Below, in pieces: positions 30,390 through 38,725 of a stretch of 64,000 bases of DNA (positions within the stretch are counted from its first letter, which is position 1; each line of letters begins with the position of its first letter). This DNA is from an uncultured Eubacteriales bacterium (lineage in GTDB: Bacteria > Pseudomonadota > Alphaproteobacteria > RF32 > CAG-239): the NCBI GenBank assembly GCA_963632615.1, contig CAVGVF010000001.1, positions 72,636 to 136,635 on the forward strand, read 5' to 3'. The position numbers were made by a program, and so were the translations under genes. Below the pieces are notes generated by a model that did no database searches, was not told where the DNA came from, and was given only the letters and a program-made list of their open reading frames with translations.

Positions 30390-30575
30390 GGGCGTCAGAA
30401 ACCCTTTTAGTTGCAGATAGTCGCTTTTGCATAAGCGACTTTAAACAGATTATGCCGATTTCTGTCATTGGACGGATGTCGGCTGAATAAGGCTATGCGC
30501 TGAATAAGCCGAGCCATTCTGCATCTGCAACTAATGGTTTCTGAACATCCGCCCGCTTTTTGCGGGTTTTGTTTT
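30390..30575 (+). promoter_or_regulatory. conserved structured 5' leader element (copy 2) ending in terminator-like hairpin plus U-tract
   Basis: Paralogous to 16946-17126. Helices: tcagaaacc/ggtttctga; tagttgcagat/atctgcaacta; agtcgcttttgcataagcgact; tcggct...agccga. Terminator-like gcccgcTTTTTgcgggtTTTGTTTT at 30551-30575. Promoter TTGCTT-N18-ATATAC at 30347-30376. Confidence 0.6.
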
Positions 30576-30602
30576 ATGTGCAATTTTTGGAGGTTTAGAA
30601 AT

Positions 30603-31250
30603 ATGTATAAGAATTTGGAAAAAGGACGTTCCATGATAGAAATGCTCGGCGTCATCGCTATTATTGCTGTTTTATCAGTCGGCGGGATTGCCGGGTATTC
30701 CAAGGCTATGGAAAAATTTAAGGTTAATAAAGCCGTATCAGAATACAGTTATTTAATCCAAGGGCTTATGGAACATCTGGAAAATATTCAAAAAATGTCA
30801 AATGTTCAGGAGGGCGATGTTCATCACGGGCTGGTAAATGTTGTGCAAGCAGCCGGTTTAGTGCCGGAAACTTGGGAAAATTCCGGCAATCCGGCAGATG
30901 ATAGAATGATTGATCCTTATGGCAATGTGATTCAAATATTTTCACGGAACAGCCGTTTGGTTATAGATATGTATCTTGGTGGCTTTAGCAACGTCGAAAA
31001 CGGCAGTGCTTCTCTTTCTTTTTCGCCAAAGTTTTGCAGCGTATTGATGCAGGATGTGGTTAAACCATTGTCTTCGGTTTTGCATCATGTTTGGTTTACA
31101 AATGGCAGCGGCTTATCTTATTTAGGAGATAAATTTTGCCGTTCAGGGCAAAAATGTGTTCGAAATTTGACCTTAATCGATATACAAAAAACTTGTAATT
31201 ATTGCACTAAAGAATCAGGTAAACTTTGCGGGCTAATTTTAGAATTTTAA
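30603..31250 (+). CDS. prepilin-type N-terminal cleavage/methylation domain protein, paralogue 2
   Basis: MYKNLEKG^RSMIEMLGVIAIIAVLSVGG: short leader, Glu+5, hydrophobic helix. RBS GGAGG 9 nt upstream. Cys-containing C-terminal domain. The track ORF start at 30534 is upstream of the RBS. Confidence 0.65.
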   Translation: MYKNLEKGRSMIEMLGVIAIIAVLSVGGIAGYSKAMEKFKVNKAVSEYSYLIQGLMEHLENIQKMSNVQEGDVHHGLVNVVQAAGLVPETWENSGNPADDRMIDPYGNVIQIFSRNSRLVIDMYLGGFSNVENGSASLSFSPKFCSVLMQDVVKPLSSVLHHVWFTNGSGLSYLGDKFCRSGQKCVRNLTLIDIQKTCNYCTKESGKLCGLILEF

Positions 31251-31843
31251 CCTGGATTATTATCAAATAAAATACCTATGTTACAATTTTGATTTTTACA
31301 GGTGTTACATTTTTGCAATGTTTTATTTAGAGTATAATCTTGGCAATTCATATCTTTTGCATATTGACTAGGAGCAGCTTTTCCACAAACTGTATAGCTT
31401 GTCCAATCTCCGACAGCCCAAATGCTGTTGTAATATTTAGGCAGTTCATATAGTTTTTTGCAGCAATTTACGGCATCTTTGCCTGCCGGCATTTGATATT
31501 TAAGTTCAAAGCGCAGGCCGTAATTTTTCCAGCCTATAGTAAACACTCTTAGGATATTTCCAAATAAATCTTTATGGTTAATATCAACGTAACTTGTTTG
31601 TATAATATCTGCACTGATTAAAAAATTGGTTATGTCTTCTTCCTTGGCGGTGTAGGATTTTTGATTAAGGTAAGCGGTTTGAATGTTGTTAATGGTTTGG
31701 ATAAGTCCTTCTTGCCATTTATTCAGTTTATACATTTCCATAGCTTTGGAGTAACCGGATATTCCGCCAACGCTCAATACAGCAATAATTGCCAGTACAC
31801 CAAGCATTTCTATCATTGAATGGCCTATTTGATTATTTTTCAT
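31247..31843 (-). CDS. prepilin-type N-terminal cleavage/methylation domain protein, paralogue 3
   Basis: MKNNQIG^HSMIEMLGVLAIIAVLSVGG with RBS AAGGAAG. An alternative start at 31876 is possible. Convergent with paralogue 2, overlapping it by 4 nt. Confidence 0.65.
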   Translation of the reverse strand: MKNNQIGHSMIEMLGVLAIIAVLSVGGISGYSKAMEMYKLNKWQEGLIQTINNIQTAYLNQKSYTAKEEDITNFLISADIIQTSYVDINHKDLFGNILRVFTIGWKNYGLRFELKYQMPAGKDAVNCCKKLYELPKYYNSIWAVGDWTSYTVCGKAAPSQYAKDMNCQDYTLNKTLQKCNTCKNQNCNIGILFDNNPG

Positions 31844-31932
31844 AACAACTTCCTTTTTCTCTTTGAAATTAAACAAAAAAGCCGTCTGAAAAAGACGACC
31901 GGAAGTTGAGAACTATTGTATATAAGTATAGT

Positions 31933-31964
31933 GTAGCATATTAGCGTATAGCATATTTTGCTAC
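31933..31964 (-). promoter_or_regulatory. conserved leader hairpin motif shared with the other two pilin leaders
   Basis: Stem gtagca/tgctac encloses loop aaatatGCTATACGCTaata. Compare tcggct/agccga enclosing gaataagGCTATGCGCTgaata at 30479-30512. Confidence 0.5.
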
Positions 31965-32089
31965 CTTCCGATCAATAGATCAGAAGGTATTTTACGTCTA
32001 ATATTTGACGTATATACAAGAGGTTCTCACACCTCGGACAGACTATCGCCTGTCTGCTGTAAAGTTATAAAAAAAGCGGTAAAATATCA

Positions 32090-32123
32090 AGTAAAAAATG
32101 TCACAAATTATAAACCGGTGACA
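32090..32123 (-). terminator. intrinsic terminator after fic
   Basis: Minus strand: tgtcaccggtttataatttgtgaca followed by TTTTTTAC. Confidence 0.65.
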
Positions 32124-32140
32124 ATTTGTCGCCGGCTTTA

Positions 32141-32749
32141 CTACATCAAATTGTGAATATTGTATTCGTCATAGCCCTCATAATAGTAGCTGACATCAAT
32201 ACCTTTCATAAAAACTTCGCGCTCGTTGATTTTATCCGTGAGGGCGTTTTGCAGCAAATGTTTGATTTCTATATCTTTAATCGGACTTCTTTCCATGGCG
32301 GAAAGGTAATCCGCCTTATCAATTTTATTCCAATCCACGACTTTTTTCAGTTCTTTTTTAAATATTAAATCAAGCCAGATTCTAGTCGCCCGCCCGTTTC
32401 CCTCTCTAAACGGGTGGGCAACGTTCATTTCCACATATTTTTCCACGATTTCATCAAAAGTTGATTGCGGCATTTTATCTATTTGCTTTAGTGATTGCGC
32501 TAAATACATAACCGGAGCAAACCGAAAATTGCTTTTAGCAATGTTGACGGTGCGGAGCTTGCCGGCAAAATCGTAAATATCTTCAAACAAATACTTATGA
32601 ATTTGCTTAAGACCGCTAAAAGTGCCGACTTTTATTTTCTCAATTTTTCCGCTGTCAAAGAGTTTTTTAGCTTTGATTTTGCTTATTTTCTCTTCAGCTT
32701 TGTTCAGTTCTATTTGGTCCGTGATATTTAATTTATTTTCTAAAACCAT
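32141..32749 (-). CDS. fic: Fic family protein, class III (C-terminal inhibitory helix)
   Basis: Fic motif HPFREGNGRATR and C-terminal S-YYY-EG (SxxxEG) inhibitory motif; 202 aa, the NmFic-like size. Confidence 0.85.
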   Translation of the reverse strand: MVLENKLNITDQIELNKAEEKISKIKAKKLFDSGKIEKIKVGTFSGLKQIHKYLFEDIYDFAGKLRTVNIAKSNFRFAPVMYLAQSLKQIDKMPQSTFDEIVEKYVEMNVAHPFREGNGRATRIWLDLIFKKELKKVVDWNKIDKADYLSAMERSPIKDIEIKHLLQNALTDKINEREVFMKGIDVSYYYEGYDEYNIHNLM

Positions 32750-32768
32750 ATCAATACCTTTAAAATCT

Positions 32769-35700
32769 TTAGAACTTATAGCCTAAATTGAACAGATAAT
32801 AAACATTGCTCTTTTGTTCAAGCGGAGCGTTTACAGTCGCGCTGAGCGAAAGTTTTTTATAGTCGTACTGCGCCTTTACAGTCAATAAACCGCTGTCGCG
32901 CTGCAAACGGTTGCTGTTGATTTGATATGAGCCAAGCATATTGTCCATGGTCACCATCGTTGAATATTTGCTGCCGAATTCATGGAAATAACGCCCGCCG
33001 GCAGTCAGCAAAACAGACTGTTCTTTGCCGAGGTCAAAATCTTTCTTAATATCCATACCGATAACAGATTGAACTGATGTAACTTTGTCGCTGTCGGCTT
33101 TAAGTCCGCCGTTATTTTCTTTTAAGCCGTCAACTTTTACTTCAGTGATATTAGCGCCGGCAACCGGTTCAAGCTGCGCGATGTCAAGGTCTATAGTTTG
33201 GCGGGCTTCAGCGTCAATACCATAGTAGTAGTTGGTTAAATCAGCCTTATAGGCTTTATCCACGCCGCTGCGGCTGTAGTGACCCTTGCCGAAACCGATT
33301 TTAGGCTTAGCCATAGCGCGGAAATTATCATTGCTATAAGTCAGCGGAGCAAACACTTCCAGCACATTGTTATAACGAGATGAATCGTCATCAAAATCGC
33401 TGTCGCTGCGAGCCGCCGCCGCACCGAAACCTGCACGCCAGTTATTGGCAATTTGATAGTCGCTGAAACCGTAAACAGCTGTAACCTTGTCTTTATAGCC
33501 CGAAACATTGTGTTTGCCGTCAAACTCTTGCTGATAAGCCAAAACATTAACTTTAGCACGGCTTATTTCATTTGTTTGCGCCAAAATATCGTCATTGGCC
33601 GCGCGGTTGATATTGGCCAGCAAATCTAAGTCTTGTTTCGCCAAATTCGGAATCATGCTAAAGCCTAACTCGCGGTTTATAGCCGTATCAAAAGCCGAAG
33701 CAGTAGCCATACCTTTTAAGGTATTGAAAACGCCCTCGCCTTTTTGCGCTGCATAGTTTGTGCTTAAATATGCCGCCAGCTCTTTGTTGGCAACAGTTTC
33801 ATCAAACGATTTCATAGTCATAATTACGTCGGTGTTGCCGGATTCGTTAGCGGCTTTTTCAGCATTAAACATATAAGAGCCGGAAACCACATTTAGACCT
33901 GCATCTTTGCCGATAAATGAGTTATCGTTGCGGTAGGTCGTTTCAAATCCGCTTTGGGTAATATCCGCATCGGCTGTAACCGTGCCTTTTAAGGCCGGAG
34001 CTTTATAAGTTCCGTTTTTGCTGATGGCAATAACACCGGAATCTTTTGTTGAAGCATCAAAATCAAAAACATCATTATAGCTTACGGTGCCGTGATTTTT
34101 AAACACAGAGTTGTTTTGCACCATCATAAATCCGGAGCCTGACTGAGTTGACGTGCTTTCTTCACAGTCCATGCCGCTGCACAGTTCAGCACCGTTGACG
34201 GCATCTATAATGCCGTTATTGGTTGCGGTTCCGCCTTCATTTACGATAATGCCGTAAGATGTGCCGGATTGATTATTTTGGTTTATATAAATTCTTCCGT
34301 CGCTGTCGTTGGTAAAGGTTCCGCCTGCAACTCTTACGCCGGCTGAATTTGTACCGTAAACATGAATTTGGCCTTTATTGGTAACTTCGCCTTTTTCAAT
34401 ATAAATACCGGTGCCGCGGTCAACAAAATCTGTAATAATCACATTTCCGGAATCATCAAAACTGCCGGTGCCGATAGTAATCAGCCCGCTGTTTTCAAAA
34501 TTAGCTTCTTCGCCGGTAACTTTTACACCGTAGCCGTTATTGCCGATAACAGTTATATTGCCGGTGTTTTTGCTTTCTCCGCCGCTGACAGACATAGCCG
34601 TGCTGCCGGCTCCCGTCACTTTGATGTTTGAATTGTTGGTAGTTGTTCCGGCTGTTTCAATGCCGGTGCTGTAGTTTGTGCCGACTTCAATAGAGCCGTT
34701 GTTCTCAACAGTTCCTTCATCCGAAACAGAAACAGCCGTATTGCCGCTTCCGCTGTTGTTGCTGCCCAAAACCAGCTCAATGTTGCTGTTGTTGGTAAAA
34801 GTGCCTTTGCCGGCTATAACCGCTGTGCTGTTACTTGTGTTATTCAGGCGCAAAGTGCCGTTGTTGGTAATTTTTGTGCCTGTGCCGCCTGACGAGGCGT
34901 CAATGATGGTGCCTTTTTCAGTAATAGATATCTGCACATTGTCATTGACCGTTAAAGAAGCATTATCCATCAGTTTCGCTAAAGTTCCCTGTTCAAAGCT
35001 CATGCTTTTTTTCAAGGTTAAATCGCCGACTACCAGAAAATATGTCATGGTGGAAGCGGCTTCGGTGCTGCAATTTTCATCTGTAGTCGGATCGCAGATA
35101 TTAACGTTGCCGATATTGTCAATCACGGCTTTGCCGCTGATTTGGAATACGGTGGCGTTAGTGCCGAAAATTTTAATAATATTGTTTTTTATAACAGCGC
35201 CGTCCTGCAGTTCGCCGGTTCCGGCCGAATAAATGCCGATATTGTTATCTCCGTAAAGATTGATAACGCCGTTATTATATATATAGCTGTTTCCGGTGGC
35301 GTAAATGCCGAACGAATATTTGCCGTTTACGTTTATTACACCGGTTTTGTCGTTGATAACGTTGGCAATTCCGCTTGCATCGCTGGCCATGCCTACAGAA
35401 TAATCTGTTCCGACATCAATGCTGCCTTGATTCGTCATTTTTGCCGTGGAAATAACATCTTTATCCATATACATGCCGGCATTGTTGAAATTAGTGCCGT
35501 TTGAAGTCAAAATGATTTTACCGGTATTGGTTGCCGTACCTTGTTTTGAAGATACAGTCATTGCCGAGGTATGCGCCGATGACAGATTGATTGTACCGGA
35601 GTTGGTTATGGTTTCGGTTTCGGATGAGGCAACGGATGAGGTGGATGACGGAGATTTTGTGTTCATCACGCTTTGCTTTACGGTTAAAGTGAATTTGTCG

Positions 35701-37865
35701 GCCAAAGTGGCTGCTTCGCTGGACGAGCCGGAGCCTGACGAACCGGAAGAGCCGGATGATGAAGATTCATCATTCAGAGTGGCATCGTAAATGATGGTGC
35801 CGGCATTTACCAAGTTACTGTAATTTCCGCTGAAAACATCGGTGCCGATGGCGTTTTTATAAACATGGATGGTGCCGTTGTTTATCAGATTTGTTCCGCC
35901 GCTGTAGTCATTTCGGAGGGCTGTCGATTTATTTGAATAAATGTTAATCTGTCCGTTATTTACCAAAGATGTCAGAGTACTATCGCCGGAGCCGTACATG
36001 GCGATATTGTTGGTATAGCGGGTATTGTCGCTGGAACCCAGAGTAATTGTTCCGTTTTTATCATTCAGCAATGTTCCGCCGTTATATGAAGCCATTCCGA
36101 AGCCGTTGCTGGCATTTAACTGAATATTGCCTTTGTTGGTAACTGTTTGCTTGGTTGTGGTATATAGTCCGGATACCGAACCCGAACCTTCAACTGCAAG
36201 CATACCGTAGGTCATGCGCTGGTTATCGCCGTTAGTCTGAATGGTAATGTTTCCGGTGTTGGTAATGCTTCCGCTGTGAACAGACTGCATGCCGGCGGCA
36301 ACGGCAACAGAGTCTGATGAGCTTCCGGATTCGGAACTGTCATCTAAAGTAATATTGATTTTTCCGCTGTTGGTTGCCGTTGTATTGGCGTCTGCCCGCA
36401 TTCCGACAATTCCGCCCAAGCCTTTGCGCAAAGTTTTGGTTGTGTCAAAGGTGTATTGCCCCGTATATCCCAAATCTATGATACCGCTGTTGCTCAAAAC
36501 AGATTTATCGGCTCTTTGAATATTTTTAGAACCATTTAAAAATCCATCGTCCAAATAGCTTCCCATACCGATGATATTCACTTTGATTTCCGAGGCAGCG
36601 GCTCCGGCATCGCCGGCGCTGAGTTTTATGGTGCCGCTGTTTGAAGCTGTGTTGGTTTGATTGATGGCTTGCGAACCGGTATTCAGTATCATTGTTTCCA
36701 TACCGATAATGGTGCCGGATACGGATGTAACTTCCTTGGAACTGCTGTCGGAATTTTCATCTTGAGCAAAAATACCGTTCAGAATGCCGCCCGAAGAACT
36801 GCCGTTTTCAGAATCATCTTTGGTCGGGTCGCTGATTGCTTTAATGGCCGAACCGTTAATTTCTCCGGTATTTATAATCTGCGAGCCGTTATCGGCATAC
36901 ATACCGATAATCGTGTTGTTTTCGGTATATCCGGAAAAATTGAGGTTGATACCGTTGGCATCAGGGTCTTGGATAACCCCTTTTCCGTTATTGTAGGCAA
37001 TGGAATTATTGCTGGCAATCATCGCCACTGAATTATTAAACGCGTCAACATTTATATAGCCGTTGTTTGTAACCGTGCTTTTGCGGATTGCCGCCATTGC
37101 GGCCGAGCCTTCTCCGGCGGATATTTTAGTGTTCAGGCTGTTTGTGTATGAGCCGCCGTCAAGGGCTTCCAAGCCGACATCCATATATTTGCCGGCTTCC
37201 AGTACATTTTTATTGAAGTTAATTTTAGCGATTTCCGCTGTTTTGGTGTTTTTTATGTTTAATAAGCTGCTGTTTACGGCTGTTCCGCTGGTTGATTTTG
37301 CCACAGAGCCTTGCGAGCCTAAGGTTTCGCCGATATAGTTATTAGTTTCGGTTTCAGAGCTGCTGCTGCCGCCCCCGCCGCCTCCGCTCATTGCTAATGC
37401 GGCAATACCTCCGCCGACAGCCAAGCCGCCCAGCAGCCACCAGGTTGTAGAGGAGATTTTATATTTTTCTTTGCCCATTGTTCCATAAGCTTCACGAGGG
37501 GTTGCGGTTACGGAAACAGCTTTGGAATTGTTTACAAAATCTTCATAATATTCTATTTTTTGCACGCATGGATGGCGAGGGTTAGCTCCGGCGGCGCGGA
37601 AGGCATTGTAGGTGTAGGCATCTCTGTTTTGGGCGGCAACGCAAAGTCCGGTGTCGCCGTTTTGGTTGACACTGTCAATATTCATACCGCGGCGGACAGA
37701 AGCTCTCAAAGCTTCAACTTCGCCGTTTTGCGCCAGATTATACATTTTATTGAAAGACAGCGGCGACAAATTATAGGCTTTAGCCTCAGGCGCGGCTATA
37801 GTCAGGCTGAAAGACGCCAAAGACAGTAAACCAACGGTTTTTAGTATTATTTTGTTATTAAACAT
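32769..37865 (-). CDS. large autotransporter (type Va secretion) with beta-helical repeat passenger
   Basis: Sec signal MFNNKIILKTVGLLSLASFSLTIAAPEAKA; Gly/Ser linkers; dozens of degenerate N(N/S/T)G(T/N)I beta-helix repeats; C-terminal ~280-aa beta-barrel ending ...LFNLGYKF. Confidence 0.8.
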   Translation of the reverse strand: MFNNKIILKTVGLLSLASFSLTIAAPEAKAYNLSPLSFNKMYNLAQNGEVEALRASVRRGMNIDSVNQNGDTGLCVAAQNRDAYTYNAFRAAGANPRHPCVQKIEYYEDFVNNSKAVSVTATPREAYGTMGKEKYKISSTTWWLLGGLAVGGGIAALAMSGGGGGGSSSSETETNNYIGETLGSQGSVAKSTSGTAVNSSLLNIKNTKTAEIAKINFNKNVLEAGKYMDVGLEALDGGSYTNSLNTKISAGEGSAAMAAIRKSTVTNNGYINVDAFNNSVAMIASNNSIAYNNGKGVIQDPDANGINLNFSGYTENNTIIGMYADNGSQIINTGEINGSAIKAISDPTKDDSENGSSSGGILNGIFAQDENSDSSSKEVTSVSGTIIGMETMILNTGSQAINQTNTASNSGTIKLSAGDAGAAASEIKVNIIGMGSYLDDGFLNGSKNIQRADKSVLSNSGIIDLGYTGQYTFDTTKTLRKGLGGIVGMRADANTTATNSGKINITLDDSSESGSSSDSVAVAAGMQSVHSGSITNTGNITIQTNGDNQRMTYGMLAVEGSGSVSGLYTTTKQTVTNKGNIQLNASNGFGMASYNGGTLLNDKNGTITLGSSDNTRYTNNIAMYGSGDSTLTSLVNNGQINIYSNKSTALRNDYSGGTNLINNGTIHVYKNAIGTDVFSGNYSNLVNAGTIIYDATLNDESSSSGSSGSSGSGSSSEAATLADKFTLTVKQSVMNTKSPSSTSSVASSETETITNSGTINLSSAHTSAMTVSSKQGTATNTGKIILTSNGTNFNNAGMYMDKDVISTAKMTNQGSIDVGTDYSVGMASDASGIANVINDKTGVINVNGKYSFGIYATGNSYIYNNGVINLYGDNNIGIYSAGTGELQDGAVIKNNIIKIFGTNATVFQISGKAVIDNIGNVNICDPTTDENCSTEAASTMTYFLVVGDLTLKKSMSFEQGTLAKLMDNASLTVNDNVQISITEKGTIIDASSGGTGTKITNNGTLRLNNTSNSTAVIAGKGTFTNNSNIELVLGSNNSGSGNTAVSVSDEGTVENNGSIEVGTNYSTGIETAGTTTNNSNIKVTGAGSTAMSVSGGESKNTGNITVIGNNGYGVKVTGEEANFENSGLITIGTGSFDDSGNVIITDFVDRGTGIYIEKGEVTNKGQIHVYGTNSAGVRVAGGTFTNDSDGRIYINQNNQSGTSYGIIVNEGGTATNNGIIDAVNGAELCSGMDCEESTSTQSGSGFMMVQNNSVFKNHGTVSYNDVFDFDASTKDSGVIAISKNGTYKAPALKGTVTADADITQSGFETTYRNDNSFIGKDAGLNVVSGSYMFNAEKAANESGNTDVIMTMKSFDETVANKELAAYLSTNYAAQKGEGVFNTLKGMATASAFDTAINRELGFSMIPNLAKQDLDLLANINRAANDDILAQTNEISRAKVNVLAYQQEFDGKHNVSGYKDKVTAVYGFSDYQIANNWRAGFGAAAARSDSDFDDDSSRYNNVLEVFAPLTYSNDNFRAMAKPKIGFGKGHYSRSGVDKAYKADLTNYYYGIDAEARQTIDLDIAQLEPVAGANITEVKVDGLKENNGGLKADSDKVTSVQSVIGMDIKKDFDLGKEQSVLLTAGGRYFHEFGSKYSTMVTMDNMLGSYQINSNRLQRDSGLLTVKAQYDYKKLSLSATVNAPLEQKSNVYYLFNLGYKF

Positions 37866-37985
37866 ACAAACCCTCGTAAAAAATAGAAATTTGCTTTTAG
37901 AATAGGCTAAAGAATTTAAATTTTGATTAAAGATATTTAGCTGAATAAAAAAAGCCCTGTTTCACATGAAACAAGGCTGAAAAGA

Positions 37986-38474
37986 TTAGTTGTTATTAGT
38001 TGTGTTAATTGCAATTTTTTTAAATTTTTGTTTTTCTACCGATGTTTTTGGTATCAAAACATTCAGCACGCCATTTTTATAGGTGGCAGCAGCATTGTCA
38101 TAGGCCAAATCCCAAGGTAAAGGGATTGTTCTTTTAAACATTCCGTATGAAATTTCAGAAAAATAGGAATCTTTGCTTGAAGCTGAATTGGTATTTTTCT
38201 TTTCTCCGCTGATTGATAAATATCCATCGGCGGAAATTTGCAAATCCAAATCATTTTCTTCAATTCCGGGCAGTTCGGCCGTTATGGAAACCGCATCTTT
38301 GTTTTCGGCAACTTGAATATGCGGTTCCAGGTCTTCGGTTAAACTTTCGGGAAAATCCTGATAATTCCAAAAATAATTCATAAAATTGTTTAAATCATTG
38401 TTAGTCCGGCTATGCGCTGCGACTTCGGAATGGCGGCTGCGGCTGTTGGCGCCGCCGGCCGTCATATTTTTCAT
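37986..38474 (-). CDS. Hsp20/alpha-crystallin family small heat-shock protein
   Basis: Alpha-crystallin domain (ITAELPGIEENDLDLQI...GVLNVLIPK). The true start may be the internal Met MNYFWNY. Confidence 0.85.
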   Translation of the reverse strand: MKNMTAGGANSRSRHSEVAAHSRTNNDLNNFMNYFWNYQDFPESLTEDLEPHIQVAENKDAVSITAELPGIEENDLDLQISADGYLSISGEKKNTNSASSKDSYFSEISYGMFKRTIPLPWDLAYDNAAATYKNGVLNVLIPKTSVEKQKFKKIAINTTNNN

Positions 38475-38483
38475 CGGCTATAC

Positions 38484-38627
38484 CTATTTGCTGATGGAAA
38501 TTTCATCAATTTCTTCCATTTCCGAAGCAGAGTTACTGCAACCGCAGCCGCAACCGCCTTTAGATACGGTAGGCTGAGCTTTTTGAGACGGCTTTTTGTT
38601 ATCGTATGATTTTGATTCTTTTTTCAT
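38484..38627 (-). CDS. small Cys-rich peptide (47 aa) not in ORF track
   Basis: Strong RBS AAAGGAG 8 nt upstream. Translation MKKESKSYDNKKPSQKAQPTVSKGGCGCGCSNSASEMEEIDEISISK. Stop lies 9 nt before the hsp20 ATG. Confidence 0.4.
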   Translation of the reverse strand: MKKESKSYDNKKPSQKAQPTVSKGGCGCGCSNSASEMEEIDEISISK

Positions 38628-38725
38628 TTTTATCTCCTTTTTTGTTTTACACATATAACATTTTGATGTTACGCTGTAAGAGATAAATATGATTTGCCCA
38701 AATCAAAGCTATCCGTTAGGTTAGT

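Noticed and set aside
30390-30575. Considered whether the pilin leader is a DNA inverton (fim-switch-like phase variation), because inverted repeats flank a promoter-proximal segment.
   Set aside because: Not fully excluded. The inverted arms differ in sequence between the two copies while remaining complementary. Nested helices and a terminator are present, and no recombinase gene is nearby. These points favour RNA structure; kept as an alternative in the finding.
32769-37865. Many plus-strand ORFs of 70-184 aa inside the autotransporter gene (e.g. 34678-35232, 35142-35504, 36657-37031).
   Set aside because: They are antisense shadows of a long repetitive GC-skewed gene, with no RBS and low-complexity translations. 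Not called.
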